Notes under the pieces: generated by a model | What the model was told of the DNA's origin: nothing | The model's database searches: none | The model's input: the letters and a program-made list of their open reading frames with translations, nothing else | Shown here: in pieces, positions 26,240-38,319 of the stretch | Layout: the number at the start of each line of letters is the position of its first letter | Numbering within the stretch: the first letter of the stretch is position 1 | Program-made: the position numbers and the translations under genes | Assembly (NCBI RefSeq): GCF_963921235.1 | Contig: NC_086097.1 | Location: 173,726,001 to 173,790,000 of the forward strand | Reading direction: 5' to 3' | DNA: 64,000 bases | Source of the DNA: Mobula hypostoma | Taxonomy: Eukaryota

Positions 26240-28076
26240 TTGTAAAGCAAAAATGCTTTCAAAAATAATGAAAAAGTTTCAAAATATCAAAAGAATTACT
26301 ATGAAGAGCAGCAAACAATAAAAACTAAATCAAATCAATATTTGGTGTGACCACCAAAAACTGCTTCAATTCTCTTACAAATACTGTCATGCAGCTTTAT
26401 AAGAAAATCGGCTCGTAGGTTATTCCAAGCATCTTGGAGAACTTGCCACAGTTCTGCTGCAGACTTTGGTTTTCTCACTTGCTTCTGTCTCTCCAGGTAA
26501 TCCCAGACAGCCTCGATCAATGATTTGAGACCAAGGCTCTGTGGGGGCCATACCATCTGTTGCAGAACTACTTGTTCTTCTTTATGCTGAAGGTAGTTCT
26601 TTATGACCTTGGCCATGTGTTTGGGGTCATTATCCTGCTGCAGAATGAAGTTGGGACCGATCAGATGCCTCCCTGATGGTATTGCGTGTTGGATGAGAAT
26701 CTGCTTGTACTTCTCAGTATTGAGCAGTCTATTAATTCTGACCAGATTACCAACTCTATTTGCAGAACTGCAGCCCCAAACCTGCAGGGAACCTCCACCA
26801 CGCTTCATTGTTGGCTGCAGATGCTCATCCATGCACTCTCCAGCTCTTCTACAGATAAACTGCCTCTTGTTTGAGCCAAAAATATCAAATTTTGACTTGT
26901 CAGTGCAGAGCATTGCTGCCATTGTCAGAAACCCAAGTCCTTAAGTTTTTGTGCTTAGATGAGTTTCTTGGCTTTGTTTCCACTTTGGACGAATGGCTTT
27001 TTAGCAGCAACTCTTCCATGAAGACCACTTCCTACAAAAAACTCTCCAGATGTAGAGGGGTATACTTGGGTTCCAATGACTTCTATGAGTTCAGAGTTGA
27101 TAGCAGTGCTGGAATTTTTCCGATTTAGAAGGGATGTCAGTTTGATGTATCCCTCATCTGTTGCAGTCAGGTTCCGTAACCAACCACTACATTTCTGGTC
27201 CTCCACCTTGCCGGTTTTCTTTGTGCTTCTTCAGAAGAGCCTGGACAGCACATCTTAAAACTTCTGTCTGTTGCAAAACTTCTGCTTTGAACTTTGATGC
27301 AGGACGATCACCTTGTGTCTTGTTCCTATTCTCACTATTGCCATAGTCTAATGATTTGAAGGTTACACTGTCACAACTGCCACACCCTCACCTTTTAGTT
27401 TGTTTGTCCTTTGTCCAGTTTGATTCTTTTTACACTTGTGTAGCCCCCCTGGCCTGCCTCAGGGTCGCTCGGCTCGCTGTCGTCTAGGGAAACAGCCCTC
27501 GGCCCCGCCAAACTGGGTAATCAGTTTGTGTGGATGCTGTGTGATGTACCCCGCGCATACAATATATTACAGATACACCAAAAACATAACAACTATCGCA
27601 ATTAGTTCATAACATCTTCTCATCAGTAACGAGATTCAAACAAACTGCCAGCCGGAAGGACTTTCTCAGCAGTTAACATAACAAAGAAGCCACTTTAATT
27701 AGACTACACAGTGTTAAAAAAAAGAAACCCCTTACACTTCTTTCTGTTTGAATTAATCAGTTTAGTCCATTCAACTCATTGTGTCATTGATCACTAGCAT
27801 CCTGTTTGTTATCTTTGTTTAATCATGCACTGGGCTGTACACCTAAAATGTATCAATTTTTTATTTGCAAAGTGGTCTATATGTTATTTTAATATATAAC
27901 ATATATTAATATGTTATTTTCTTTAAGAAAATACTTTTAACTTTTTAGAAAACAAATGTTTGGAAATCGAAAATGTGTTCTTCTCTCCTGATACACTAAT
28001 GCACAAGGCAAAAGTCAAGCATCTAAAACAAAATTTATATAAAACCTAGCGAGCCTAAGACTTTTGCATAGTACTG
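26240..28076 (-). mobile_element. Tc1-family DNA transposon, degraded
   Basis: DDE region LCTDKSKF..LQQDNDPKH..WPPQS..IEAVW..GGHTKY (26335-26922) and HTH part (26955-27206). Terminus CAGTACTATGCAAAAGTCTTAGGC with flanking TA at 28077-28078. The other TIR was not recognised. Confidence 0.88.
27439..27736. mobile_element. Short solo-LTR-like insert within the Tc1 element
   Basis: TGTAG...TTACA ends, flanks CTTG/CTTC. Shares GGCCCCGCCAAACT..TTTGTGTGGATGCTGTGTGAT with 39978-40578 and 52604-53177. Confidence 0.6.
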
Positions 28077-28429
28077 TAAGGTAATGCACAACAATTAGAC
28101 TGGGATAATGGGACTGACTGGATAGCAGTACAAGAAGACACAAACAAAATGCAGGAGGAACTCAGCAGATCAGAAAGGAATAAACAGTCTGCATTTTAGG
28201 TGTAGAACCTTCATCATATCAGGACCCTTCATCAGCTACACAAAAGACTGCCTTTGGACCATATCCAGGTTTCAGGATAAGATGATCCACCTACATTTGC
28301 TTTTATCACAGTTCACTTGAGACTGGGCCTACATCTCTGGGGCTCTCCCACTTGTCAGGTCAGGAGCAATGGACCCAGTAATGAATGGCCCAGGAGCTAC
28401 AATATGTCTCTTGCATTACAGGTAGGGTG

Positions 28430-29955
28430 ATAAGACCATAAGGTCATATGACATAGGATCAGACTAAGGCTATTTGACCCATCGAACCTGCTCAGCCATT
28501 CAATCATGGCTGACAACAGGAATTCTGCAGATGCTGGAAATTCAAGCAACACACATAAAAGTTGCTGGTGAACGCAGCAGGCCGGGCAACATCTCTAGGA
28601 AGAAGAGCAGTCGACGTTTCAGGCCGAGACCCGTCCTGACGAAGGGTCTCAGCCTGAAACGTCAACTGCACCTCTTCCTAGAGATGCTGCCTGGCAATCA
28701 TGGCTGATCCTTTTTTCCCCTCCTCAGCCCAACACCCCGGCCTTCTCCCCATAACCTTTGATACTGTATCCAATCAAGAATCTATCAAGCTCTGTCTTAA
28801 ATACTTTACTTTTACTTTATTGTTGCCAAACAATTGATACTAGAGCATACAATCATCACAGCGATATTTGAATACACCAACAACCTGGCCTCCACAGCTG
28901 CCTGTGGTAATAAATTCCACAAATTCACCACCCTCTGGCGAAAGTAATTTCTCCACATCTCTGTCTTAAATGGACGCCCCTCTATCCAAAGGCTGTGTCC
29001 TCTTATCCTAAACTCCCCCACAATAGGAAACATCCTATCCACATCTGCTCTGTCTAGGCCTTTCAACATTCAAAAGGTTTCAATGAGATCCCCCTTCATT
29101 CTTCTAAATTCCAGCGAGTACAGAGCTATCAAACATTGCTCGTATGATAACCCTTTCATTCCCGGAATCATCCTTGTGTACCTCCTCTGAACCCTCTCCA
29201 ATGCCAGCACATCTTTTCTTTGATGCGGAGTCCAAATCTGATCACACCTTTAAGGTGTTCTGCACAGGGACTCCCAAGTCCCTTTGCATCTCAAATTTTT
29301 GGATTTTCTCCCTGTTTAGAAAATAGTCTGCACATTTACTTCTTCTACCAAAGTGCATGACCATGCATTTTCCAACATCACATTTCATTTGCCATTCTCT
29401 TGCCCATTCTTCTAATCTGTCTCAGTCCTTTTGTAGCCTACTTGTTTCCTCAACACTACCTGCCCCTCCACCAATCTTTGTATTATCCGCAAACCTGGCA
29501 ACAAAGCCATCTATTCCATCCTCTAAATCATTGATGTACAGCATAAAAAGAAGGGGTCCCAACACCGACCCCTGCAGAACACCACCAGTCACTGGCAACC
29601 ATAAGGATCTTCACTGCCAGTCAATGCTCTAAAGATGCCAGCAAATTTCCTGTAATGCCATGGGCTCTTAACTTGGTAAGCAGCATCATGTGTGGCAGCT
29701 AGGACATCTGAAAGTCCAAATATACAACATCCACTGCATCTTTATCTATCCAACATGTAATCTCCTCAAAGAATTCCAACAGGTCCCTCAGTCAAGATTT
29801 TCCATTCAGGAAACCAGGCTGACTTTGTCCTATCTTGTCCTGTGTCACTAAACATAACCTCATCCTTAACAACTGACTCCAACATCCTCCCAACCACTGA
29901 AGTCAAGCTAACTGGTCCATAATTTCCATTCTTAAAGAGTAGAGTGACATTTGCA
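28430..29955 (-). mobile_element. CR1 LINE 3' part with internal deletions; hosts a mini-Penelope and a ~70-bp Rex tail (28801-28870)
   Basis: GLDRADVDRMFP..RGHSL..FRQRVVNLWNLLP; NYGPVSLTSVVGRMLES; tail repeats at ~28430-28455. Confidence 0.85.
28514..28694. mobile_element. Miniature fold-back Penelope insertion with hammerhead motif
   Basis: 13-bp TSD CAATCATGGCTGA at 28501-28513 and 28695-28707. Arms meet inside the ribozyme. Plus-strand core GTCCTGACGAAGGGTCTCAGCCTGAAACGTC at ~28633-28663. Confidence 0.85.
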
Positions 29956-30119
29956 TGAGGAAGGCATTTAGCATGCTGGCCTTCAACATCTGAGTAGAGG
30001 AACTGGGAGATTATGTTGCAATTGTACAAAATGTTGCTGAGGTCACATCTCGGCAACAGAACTGTGTACAGTTTTGGTTACTCTATCATAGGAAAGATAT
30101 TACTAAGCTGGAGAAAGTT

Positions 30120-31020
30120 TGCTTTACAATACAGACAAACCAGATTCAATTCTGACCACTGCCTTAAGGAGTATGTACTTTCCCCCGTGACCACATGAGT
30201 TTCCTCAGGGTGCTCTTCCCACGATCCAACGGGGTACAGGTTGTTATGTTAATTGGTCATTGTAAATTGTCCCGTGAGAGGAGAAGATGGCAGCACGACG
30301 CAGTTCACAGCGGCCACTCCGGTGGTGATGTCTGTTATTTGTCAAGTAGGGTGCCATGCACAATCCTGATTTGATGGAGACGGATGTGAGAGCACGGAGG
30401 AACATCTGGTGAAACTTCTAAAATGCCAGCTTCGCTGCTGCTGCTACTGTGTGGTCCGAACTCTCCGGAGGGGAAGGCCCCAAATCCTCGGCTTTGCTTG
30501 TTGCTCGGCAGCTGGGGCGGGGTCAAAGTGCTCGGCAGAGGAAGGTGCTCGGTGTTGAAGGGCTGGTCGGAGGCTCGAAGTTTTCGGACGGACTTAGAGT
30601 CCGCTGTGGTCGGGTGCTTCCAATGGTGCTGCATCAGCAAGTTTGCGGCGCTTGGAGATGCATGGCAGGGAGAGTTTCTCCCTTCTACTGTCTGCGTGAG
30701 ATGATGGGGCTATCGGGACTTTGAGACTTTTTTTTAACCGTGCCCACAGTCTGCTCTTTATCAAATTACGGTATTGCTTTGCACTGTTGTAACTATATGT
30801 TATAATTATGTGGTTTTGTCAGTTTTAGTCTTGGTTTGTCCTGTGTTTCCTGTGATATCATTCTAGAGGAACATTGTATCATTTTTTAATGCATGCATTT
30901 CTTTTTGACAATAAACGAGGACTGAGTGTCCTCATAATATAATCTGGTTAGGATTAAATCAGGGATTGCTGGGCGGTGTGGCTCAAAGAGCCCATTCCGC
31001 ACAGAATTTCTATAAATATG
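30120..31020 (+). mobile_element. tRNA-derived SINE (HE1/V-SINE-like), split by the 670-bp element
   Basis: CCCGTGACCACATGAGTTTCC..TTAATTGGTCATTGTAAATTGTCC. Related copies at ~36280-36510 (+) and ~42720-42985 (-). Confidence 0.6.
30278..30945 (+). mobile_element. Non-autonomous ~670-bp retroelement, copy 2
   Basis: End-to-end similarity to 23796-24470, including the start GAAGATGGC and the end GACTGAGTGTCCTCATAAT. Confidence 0.8.
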
Positions 31021-31026
31021 TAAAAA

Positions 31027-32044
31027 TAGTTGGATCCAACTGTTTAATTGTTGTTTTCTTTGCAATTTAACAATTAACTATCTGCCTGTAGTTTAAGCAG
31101 GCTTTATATGCATAACAGTTTATATTGATATAAACTGAGAAGCGGTTATTGGTGAACTCACAGTCCCCTGGGAAGACAACATCGATGAAGCCCATGAGCG
31201 CAAGTTAACCAAGTATGCAGAGTTAAGATCAGACTGCAGAGACAGAGGGTGGAAGGTCTCATGCTATCCATTCGAAGTAGGCTGCCGTGGGTTTATTGCG
31301 TTCACTCTCCAGAAGTGGCTGCGTGACCTTGGCTTCACTAGAAGAGAGATCAAGTCAACCAGCAGGGCTGTAGCTGAGGCAGCAGAGAAAGGATCAGCAT
31401 GGGTGTGGACCAAGTACGTCCAGAGGGGCAGATAGTCAGACAGTGTAGACATATCTTGCAAACCCTTCAGTAGTTGCATAGACACCTGAAGAGTAGACTA
31501 TCTGTTGGATGGAAGTGACTGATAGAGGCAGATGCCAAGTTTTTAAGCTCACCAGTGGGAGGTGTGCTTTAGCACTGCTGGCCCACCACCTCGAGGGAGT
31601 CTTGATCATAAGCGGGCTGAAACTCCTGAAGACAGGTGGCAGATCAACTGATGATCCCACTGGTGATAGCACAGGACAGTTAACATCTTAGTCCAAGTGT
31701 ATTTTGTAACTGCCCATAGTGGCTAAATGAAGTATAACTCTGGAGCTTTTTTGTTCTACACTAGGTGAATAAGTGTTTCCTCATTGTTTAATTTTTACTG
31801 CAGTATTGAATAATTATTTTCTAATTAATTTATTATTATCTATAGATTGGAATGGAATATTTCTGATCTCTGGGTATAAAAATAGCTCTTTAATGCTAGT
31901 TTTTCTCTTCTTTAAGTAATAGACCCCTGTCACTGTTCTGTTCCTGTACTATCAACTTTTAATAAGATGATCGTAAAGCAACAAGTTCTGTGTTTCGTTC
32001 CTGACTTCTAAAAGAACCTTGGATTAAAACACCAGAATCCATCA
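31027..32044 (+). repeat. ERV 5' LTR (contains the 570-bp Hero insertion)
   Basis: 31027-31137 plus 31708-32044 align with 38980-39389. TATAAAA at ~31875; ends ..AATCCATCA. Confidence 0.88.
31138..31707 (+). mobile_element. 5'-truncated Hero/R2-group non-LTR retrotransposon (restriction-like endonuclease C-terminus plus 3' UTR)
   Basis: Open frame 31139-31435: EAVIGELTVPWEDNIDEAHERKLTKYAELRSDCRDRGWKVSCYPFEVGCRGFIAFTLQKWLRDLG..AEAAEKGSAWVW..*. AACTG is duplicated at 31133-31137 and 31708-31712. Absent from the 3' LTR. Confidence 0.85.
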
Positions 32045-32046
32045 AG

Positions 32047-32064
32047 TGGTGTAGTTGGCAGGAT
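32047..32064 (+). promoter_or_regulatory. Primer-binding site complementary to the tRNA-Ser 3' end
   Basis: TGGTGTAGTTGGCAGGAT, 2 nt after the LTR. Equals TGGCGTAGTCGGCAGGAT with two CpG-to-TpG changes. Confidence 0.85.
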
Positions 32065-33319
32065 TTTCAGTCCAGAACTTGCAATAATCATTCAAATGAA
32101 TTTTTATTACCTAAACAAAAGTGGTAAGAACTTTCTCTTTGTGTTCCAAATGTACAGGGAGAAAAATAAGCCCTGGCTTCTACATCATCAGGCGGAAGTT
32201 CAGATTGAGATACAGATCCATAAAAAAGAAACACGCCCATTAGAGCCACATGCAAAACCGGAAGAGTGTGTACTAAGCATGCAAGCCGGCAGAGCATCAA
32301 AAATTAAATTCATACAAACAGTGGAGCACAGATAAAAAGCAATAAACTTGTGCGAGCCAGTGGAGTATATGAGAAACCTAAATACATGCAAGCATGGGGT
32401 AACAGAACTAAATTAGGGTTGCAACACAACCTGTTCAAATTTCACCTGTAAAGCATATATTTTTGAGATTATGGTCAAAGTAATAAAAAGTACATACAAA
32501 CTAAGATTAAATCAAAACAATGGCCTACTCAGAAGAAACTTACCAGGAACTCTCACCTGAATAAAATATCTGTGTGATAAAATTAAAGAAAAAGTCTAAA
32601 CCAAAAATATCAACAATATTAAGCATAAGAAGGCATGATTTAAGATCCAGAAATGGCTGCTACTGATCTAGAGGTAAGACCGTGTGATTGGTTTGATCAA
32701 ATGTGCAAGCAATTAAAATGGAACATTTAAAGTCTTTTACTAATCGAAAGAAATGTGAAACTTGCAATAAGTTACATAAAACAATATGATAGAGGCAGTA
32801 AAAAGTCTAAAGAGCAAATCTTTCCATTAACCGAATGATGAAAAGGACAATACAGTAATTCAATCAATGTGCATTGTTCGGAATTTCAAAGCAAACCAAA
32901 ACAATCTAAGAAAGTTCAGCCACGACTTCAGGGGGGCAGTCCTGCAAGTGGCACTTCCAGTGACACTACTAGTGTTGCTAGCACTACTGACACTCTGCCC
33001 AGGGAAACACTGACTTCTGAACCTCCACCTGAGGAATTACAGCTCACATCGAACAGTCTTCCTATATGGCACCACCATCTAAACTCCAGAGAATTACAGC
33101 CTACAGTCCTCCAAGATAGCGACATCATCTGAATTCCAAGAATTACAGGATAGACATGACGTAGACTCTGCAGCAGCCTCTAGTGACTCAAATGAGATGA
33201 CAATGATGAAACAATTAAGATTGACAGCTATATCAAGGCTTACTCCAATAAAGTCCAATGAAGTGAAGACACACAGGATTGAAGATAAAACCACTGTAAA
33301 GTAATACATTAACAAACTA

Positions 33320-33870
33320 ATAGAAAATCCACCAACTATTGCTCAACCATGCCACAATCTGCTAAACAGCAAAAAGTGCTCAGACAACCCTGTGACTCTA
33401 AATGCAAAACAACTGGAAGCATTTCAAACTTTAAAGGTGACATTTTGTTCTGCACCTGCATTAAGAATCCCTGATACAGATAAATCATTTATCCTGTAAG
33501 TCAACAAGAAACACATGATAGCAGTATTAACTCAAGAACATGGTGACAGACAGCATCCTGTTAACTATTAATCTGACAAAGATCTGGTTCTGTACAGTGA
33601 TGGCTCCTCAGTGATTTCTGGAACTGAACTGCCGGCATCAGGAAGCATGGCTCCTAGTAGCTATCTGCAACAGGCAGAACTAAAAGCTTTGATTGAAGCC
33701 TGTAAGTTAGCAAAAGGAAGATCACCTTATATCTACACTGATTCTCAGCATTCTTTGGAAGTGTTCATGATTTTGACAATTTATGCAATAAGAATTTCTT
33801 ACAAATATAGGATCCACAATCAAAAATGGCCAACGGATGCAAGAACTTATGGATGTCATACAACTGCTGA
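33320..33870 (+). pseudogene. pol: ERV pol remnant: RT thumb/connection and RNase H N-part (RNase H resumes ~36150-36260)
   Basis: EAFQTLKVTFCSAPALRIPDTDKSFIL..AVLTQEHGDRQHPV; LYSDGSS..QQAELKALIEACKLAKGRSPYIYTDSQ; IKCKSYSK..ESCGN after the CR1 insert. Confidence 0.85.
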
Positions 33871-36145
33871 AGTTATACGGGGAGTCACACAAGTACAGCA
33901 CAGAAACAGGCCCTGAGGTCCGCGTAGTCCATGCTAAAACCATTTAAACTGCCTACTCCCAAAGACCTGCAAAGGGACCACAGCCCTTCATATTACTGCC
34001 ATCCATGTACCGATTCAAACTTCTCTTAAACATTGAAATCGAGCTCACATGGACCGCTTGTGCTCACAGCTCAATTTTGAAGGCATCCCACTTTCCAAGT
34101 ACACTTTTGCCAGAAAACAGCCTGTCCCAATCCACACTTGGCAGATTACCTTGTGCATACTTACTTTGAAACTAATGGCATTGTAATCACTGGATGTGAA
34201 GTGTTCCCCTACACTAATTTCTGTCACCTGCCCTGTCTCATTCCCTCATAGCAGAATCACATGCTCTCACTGTGATTCTACATACTAATGTGGGAAACTT
34301 TCCTGAACACATTTGATGAACTCTATCCACTCTTGTCCTTTTACACCATGGGAGTCCCAGTCAATATGTGGAAAGTTAAAATCACCTACCATAACAACCT
34401 TGTTACTTGCAACAGTCTGCGATCTCTTTACAAATCTGTTCCTCTCAATCCCTTGGACTTTTGGGTGGTTTGTAACACAGCCCCATTAACGTGGTCATAC
34501 CTTTCTTATTTCTCAGTTCCATCCACAATACCTCACTAGTCAAGTTCTCCACTATGTCCTGACTACACTGCTGTGCCACGACCCCTCCTCTTTTAATCCT
34601 CCCCCCGCTGTCTCCTCTAACACAATGGGATTCCAGAACATTGAGCTACCAGTCCTGCCCCTCCTGCAACTCACTAATGTCAATAAAAACAGATGTTGAT
34701 CCATGGCTGGAGCTCATCTGCCTTTCCTACGATACTTCTTGCATTGAAATATACGCAGATCAGGACACTAGTTGCACCATGCTCAACTGTTTGATTCCTG
34801 ACTTCGTCTGCGGTCTTACTGACATCTCTCTCCACAACCACTCCACTAACTGTTTTGGCACTCTGGTTTCCATTCCCCTGCAACTGTAGTTTAAACCCCA
34901 CCGTGTAACATTAACAAACCTTCTCACTAGGATGTTCATTCCCCCCCCCCACCCCCAGTTCAGGTGCAAACCATCCCTTCTGTACAGGGCTCACCTTCCT
35001 TGGAAGAGAGCCCAATGATCCAAAACTCTTATGCCCTCCCTCCTATATGAACTCCTTGGCCATGTATTAAACTGTATAATCTTCCTAGCTCTGGCCTTAC
35101 TGACACATGGCATGGGCAGCAATCCCAAGATCACAACCTTAGAGGTCCTGCCCTTTAACTTTGCACCTAACTCCATGAGCTCCCTATGCAGAACCTTGTC
35201 ACTCACTCTACCAATGTCATTGGTACCTACATGGACCACAACCTCTGGCTGTTCACCCTCCCAGTTCAGAATGAAGAGGACTCAATCTGAGACATCCTGG
35301 ACCCTGGCACCCAGGAGGCAATGTACCTTCCGGAATCTCGTTCTTGCCCATAGAACCACCTGTCCGTTCCCTAACTAATGAATCCCCTATCACCACAGTG
35401 TGCCCCTTCTCCCCCTTTTGCTTCTGAGTCACAAAGCCTGGCTCAGTGCCAGACAGCCGACCACTGTGACTTTCCTCTGTTAGATCAATCCCCCAAAAGT
35501 ATCCAAAGTGATATACCTGTTGTCGAGGGAGATGGCCACAGGGGTACTCTGCACTGGCTCCTTAACCCCTTTCCCCTTCCTGCCACCCAGTTTCCTGTGT
35601 CCTGCATATAGTGAGTAACTACCTGTCTGTATGTCCTACCAATCAACCCTTCAGCCTCTCAAATGATCCGGAGTTCATCCAGTTCCAGCTCCAACTCCTT
35701 AACGCGGATTGCTAGAAGCTGCCACTGGATGCACTACTTGAAGTTGTAGTCGTCAGGGACACGGGAAGTCTCCCCGCCTTCCCACATTCACAAGAGGAGC
35801 ATTGCACTATCCTGCCCTGCATTTCTATTGTCCTAGCTGAGCAGATATAAAGAAGGGAAGGGAAAAAACTTAACCTTTCTTTTCTTTCTCTGACTAAAGC
35901 CTTAAAGAGCTAAGGCCTCAAGATCACCACTCTGATCACTCAGATGACGGCCGCTGCGACAATGGCTGCCACGCTTGCCCGTCTTCTTTTAATTTGCTCC
36001 TGCAAATCAATCTCAAACATGGATTGGGCACTGGTCAAAGTTCTATTATGCTGCCACAACATGCTACTCCCTTTCTTGACTCAGGCAGTGGACTTGAGCA
36101 AAATCACCTCCTCTCAAACTTCCAGTGTCTGGATTCATCGCTGGT
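33870..36145 (-). mobile_element. CR1 LINE with large internal deletion, inserted in ERV RNase H
   Basis: 3' UTR at 33870-34045 joined to EN remnants (VGEHFTSSDYNAISF; CVYFNARSIVGKADEL) and ORF1 esterase (VHVGTNDIG..VVILGLLP). 5' boundary approximate. Confidence 0.8.
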
Positions 36146-36509
36146 TAAAGCTCTATTTATTACCTGTATTAAAATGCAAAAGTTACTCCAAAATGACCAC
36201 AATGGAAAGCTGTGGAAATTTGTGGATGAAATTGCAACTAAGACAGCAATAAAAGAAGTAAAATAAGTATCAACAACACGATAGCACAGCGATTAGCACA
36301 ACACTTTACAGTACTTGTGCCCTGGGTGTATGTTTTTCCCATGACCACATGGGTTTCCCCAGGATGTTCCCATAGTCCAAAGCTATACTAGTTGGTAGAG
36401 TAATTGTTCCATGATTAGGCTAGGGTTAAATTGGGAGTTTCTGGGTGACACAGGTAGAAGCGACAGAAGAGCTTACTCTGCACTGTATCTCAATAAGAAA
36501 GAAACAAAC

Positions 36510-37570
36510 AAACATATGCAGTGAACCTGACAAATGGAATTGTGGAACCAAAACTGAACTCTGTGTCACAGACCAACATACAAGATTATCTGGCACAGCA
36601 AATACACTCCATAGGACATACTGGAATGGAACGATGATAGACAGATTTTCCCAATGGTGGTGGAATCCAAAGTTCAAGGCACAAGCTCAACAAATGTTTG
36701 AAAGATGTATGACATGCCAGAAAACAAATCCTGGAGAAGCAGAAAAACTACCATAATTAAGTACCCCTGCCTCACCTGAGATCCATTTTTACACTTACAA
36801 GTGGACTATATTTCCTTACCAAATTGTCAAGGATACTCAGATATACTGGTAATAGTGGACAAGTCTTCAAGATGGGGGGAAGCGAGACCAGAAAGGAAAG
36901 CCACTGCCATTCACACAGCAAAAAATCTGATCAAGGACTATATTCCGAAACAGGAATTTCCATGTCACATTGCTCTGACCAAGGAATACATTTCACTGGG
37001 AGTGTTTGTCAGAAATTAAGTCGACTGATGAACACTGAATGGTCTTTTTATTGTCCACATCACCCCAGGTCATCAAGCCTAGTCAAATGAATGAATGGAA
37101 CCATCAAACAATGACTGATTAGGTATCATTACGAGGGTGTACCATGGCCTACGGCTGTTCCTATGGTCTTATGTAGCATCTGAGCAATCCCACACAAGAA
37201 AACTAAACCAAGTCAGTTCAAGATGTTAACAGAGCATCCGATGTCACTCCCTGGAGCCCTTCATCTCAGAAAGATAGATATACAGATTATGCAGACAGTT
37301 TAGTTAACTATTATGTGAAATTAACCAATTTGACCAGTCTTCTCAACAGGTTTCTGCCATTTGGGAAGATCCAATAAAAGGACTCACCCTGATTCCTGGT
37401 GAGTGGGTCCTGATTAAGAAACTGCATAAGGAACAATTGGGAGCTGGATGGGTAGGCCCTTCTCAAGTACTGATAATTATTACCAACTCAGTGGTGGAAG
37501 TAGCAAGTAAAAGTAGGTGGATACACACCAGCCACTGCAAGCGAGCTAAAGTGTTATGCAATAAGGACAG
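36510..37570 (+). pseudogene. pol: ERV integrase remnant
   Basis: Zn-finger region (LHRTYW..CMTCQKTNPG), HLQVDYISLP..LVIVDKSSRWGEA, SDQGIHFTG..FYCPHHPRSSSLV, and C-terminal WVLIKK..WVGPSQVL..WIHTSHCKR, with frameshifts. Confidence 0.9.
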
Positions 37571-37789
37571 TAAGCACTGTGGTTAGTGTGTTAGTGAACT
37601 CTTCATCACATTGCCCACATTGCTGGGCTCCAGTGAGCAAATCACTAATGAGCCAGAAGACTCCAAAGAAGTCAACAACGACTGGACATTAATAAATTTA
37701 TTCTATTATTTGTTATTATATTTTTGTTAATTTTCCCTACTCATAGTGTGCCAGCTGAGATGACTCTTAATGTATACTTTTTTTTTGAC

Positions 37790-38102
37790 AATCATAATAA
37801 CAGGCATCTGATAGTCCCATGAGACCATGGATTTGCGCCTTGGAAGGTTTCCAGGGCGCAGGCCTAGGCAAGGTTGTATGGAAGACCGGCAGTTGCCCAT
37901 GCTGCAAGTCTCCCCTCTGCACGCCACCAATGTTGTCCAAGGGAAGGGCAGTAGGACCCATACAGCTTGGCACCGGTGTCGTCGCAGAGCAATGTGCGGT
38001 TAAGTGCCTTGCTCAAGGCCACAACACGCTGCCTCATCCAAGGCTCGAACTAGCAACCTTCAGATCACTAGATGAACGCCTTAACCACTTGGCAATGCAC
38101 CA
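37790..38102 (-). mobile_element. tRNA-headed SINE, copy 1 (inside ERV env)
   Basis: Minus-strand head with A box (TTGCCAAGTGG) and B box (GTTCGAGCC), then CCTTGAGCAAGGCACTTAACC. Near-identical layout at 59140-59440. Confidence 0.85.
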
Positions 38103-38319
38103 AAGATCAGAAATATTACAATTCAACAAGTTCCTGTCAAGTAATAAAAAACAGTACAAGTTAATGGAACAACATGTACTTTATATGAAAAAATGGGGCT
38201 TATACCTTTTTTCCACGTAATTGGTTTGAATCTTGATATTTACAGTATGTTTTTCCTGCCATAAGACATACACACACCTTACTTTTACCTCCCAAGTCTA
38301 AAAGTAAATGAGACATTTT

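Noticed and set aside
31595..31655. Canonical hammerhead in the Hero 3' UTR
   Set aside because: CTGATGA lies downstream of GAAAC without a stem II arrangement that closes the core. Kept only as an unexplained structure.
38030..38102. tRNA-like sequence with A and B boxes (also ~59375-59440)
   Set aside because: SINE head: followed by a shared SINE body in both copies, with no complete cloverleaf.
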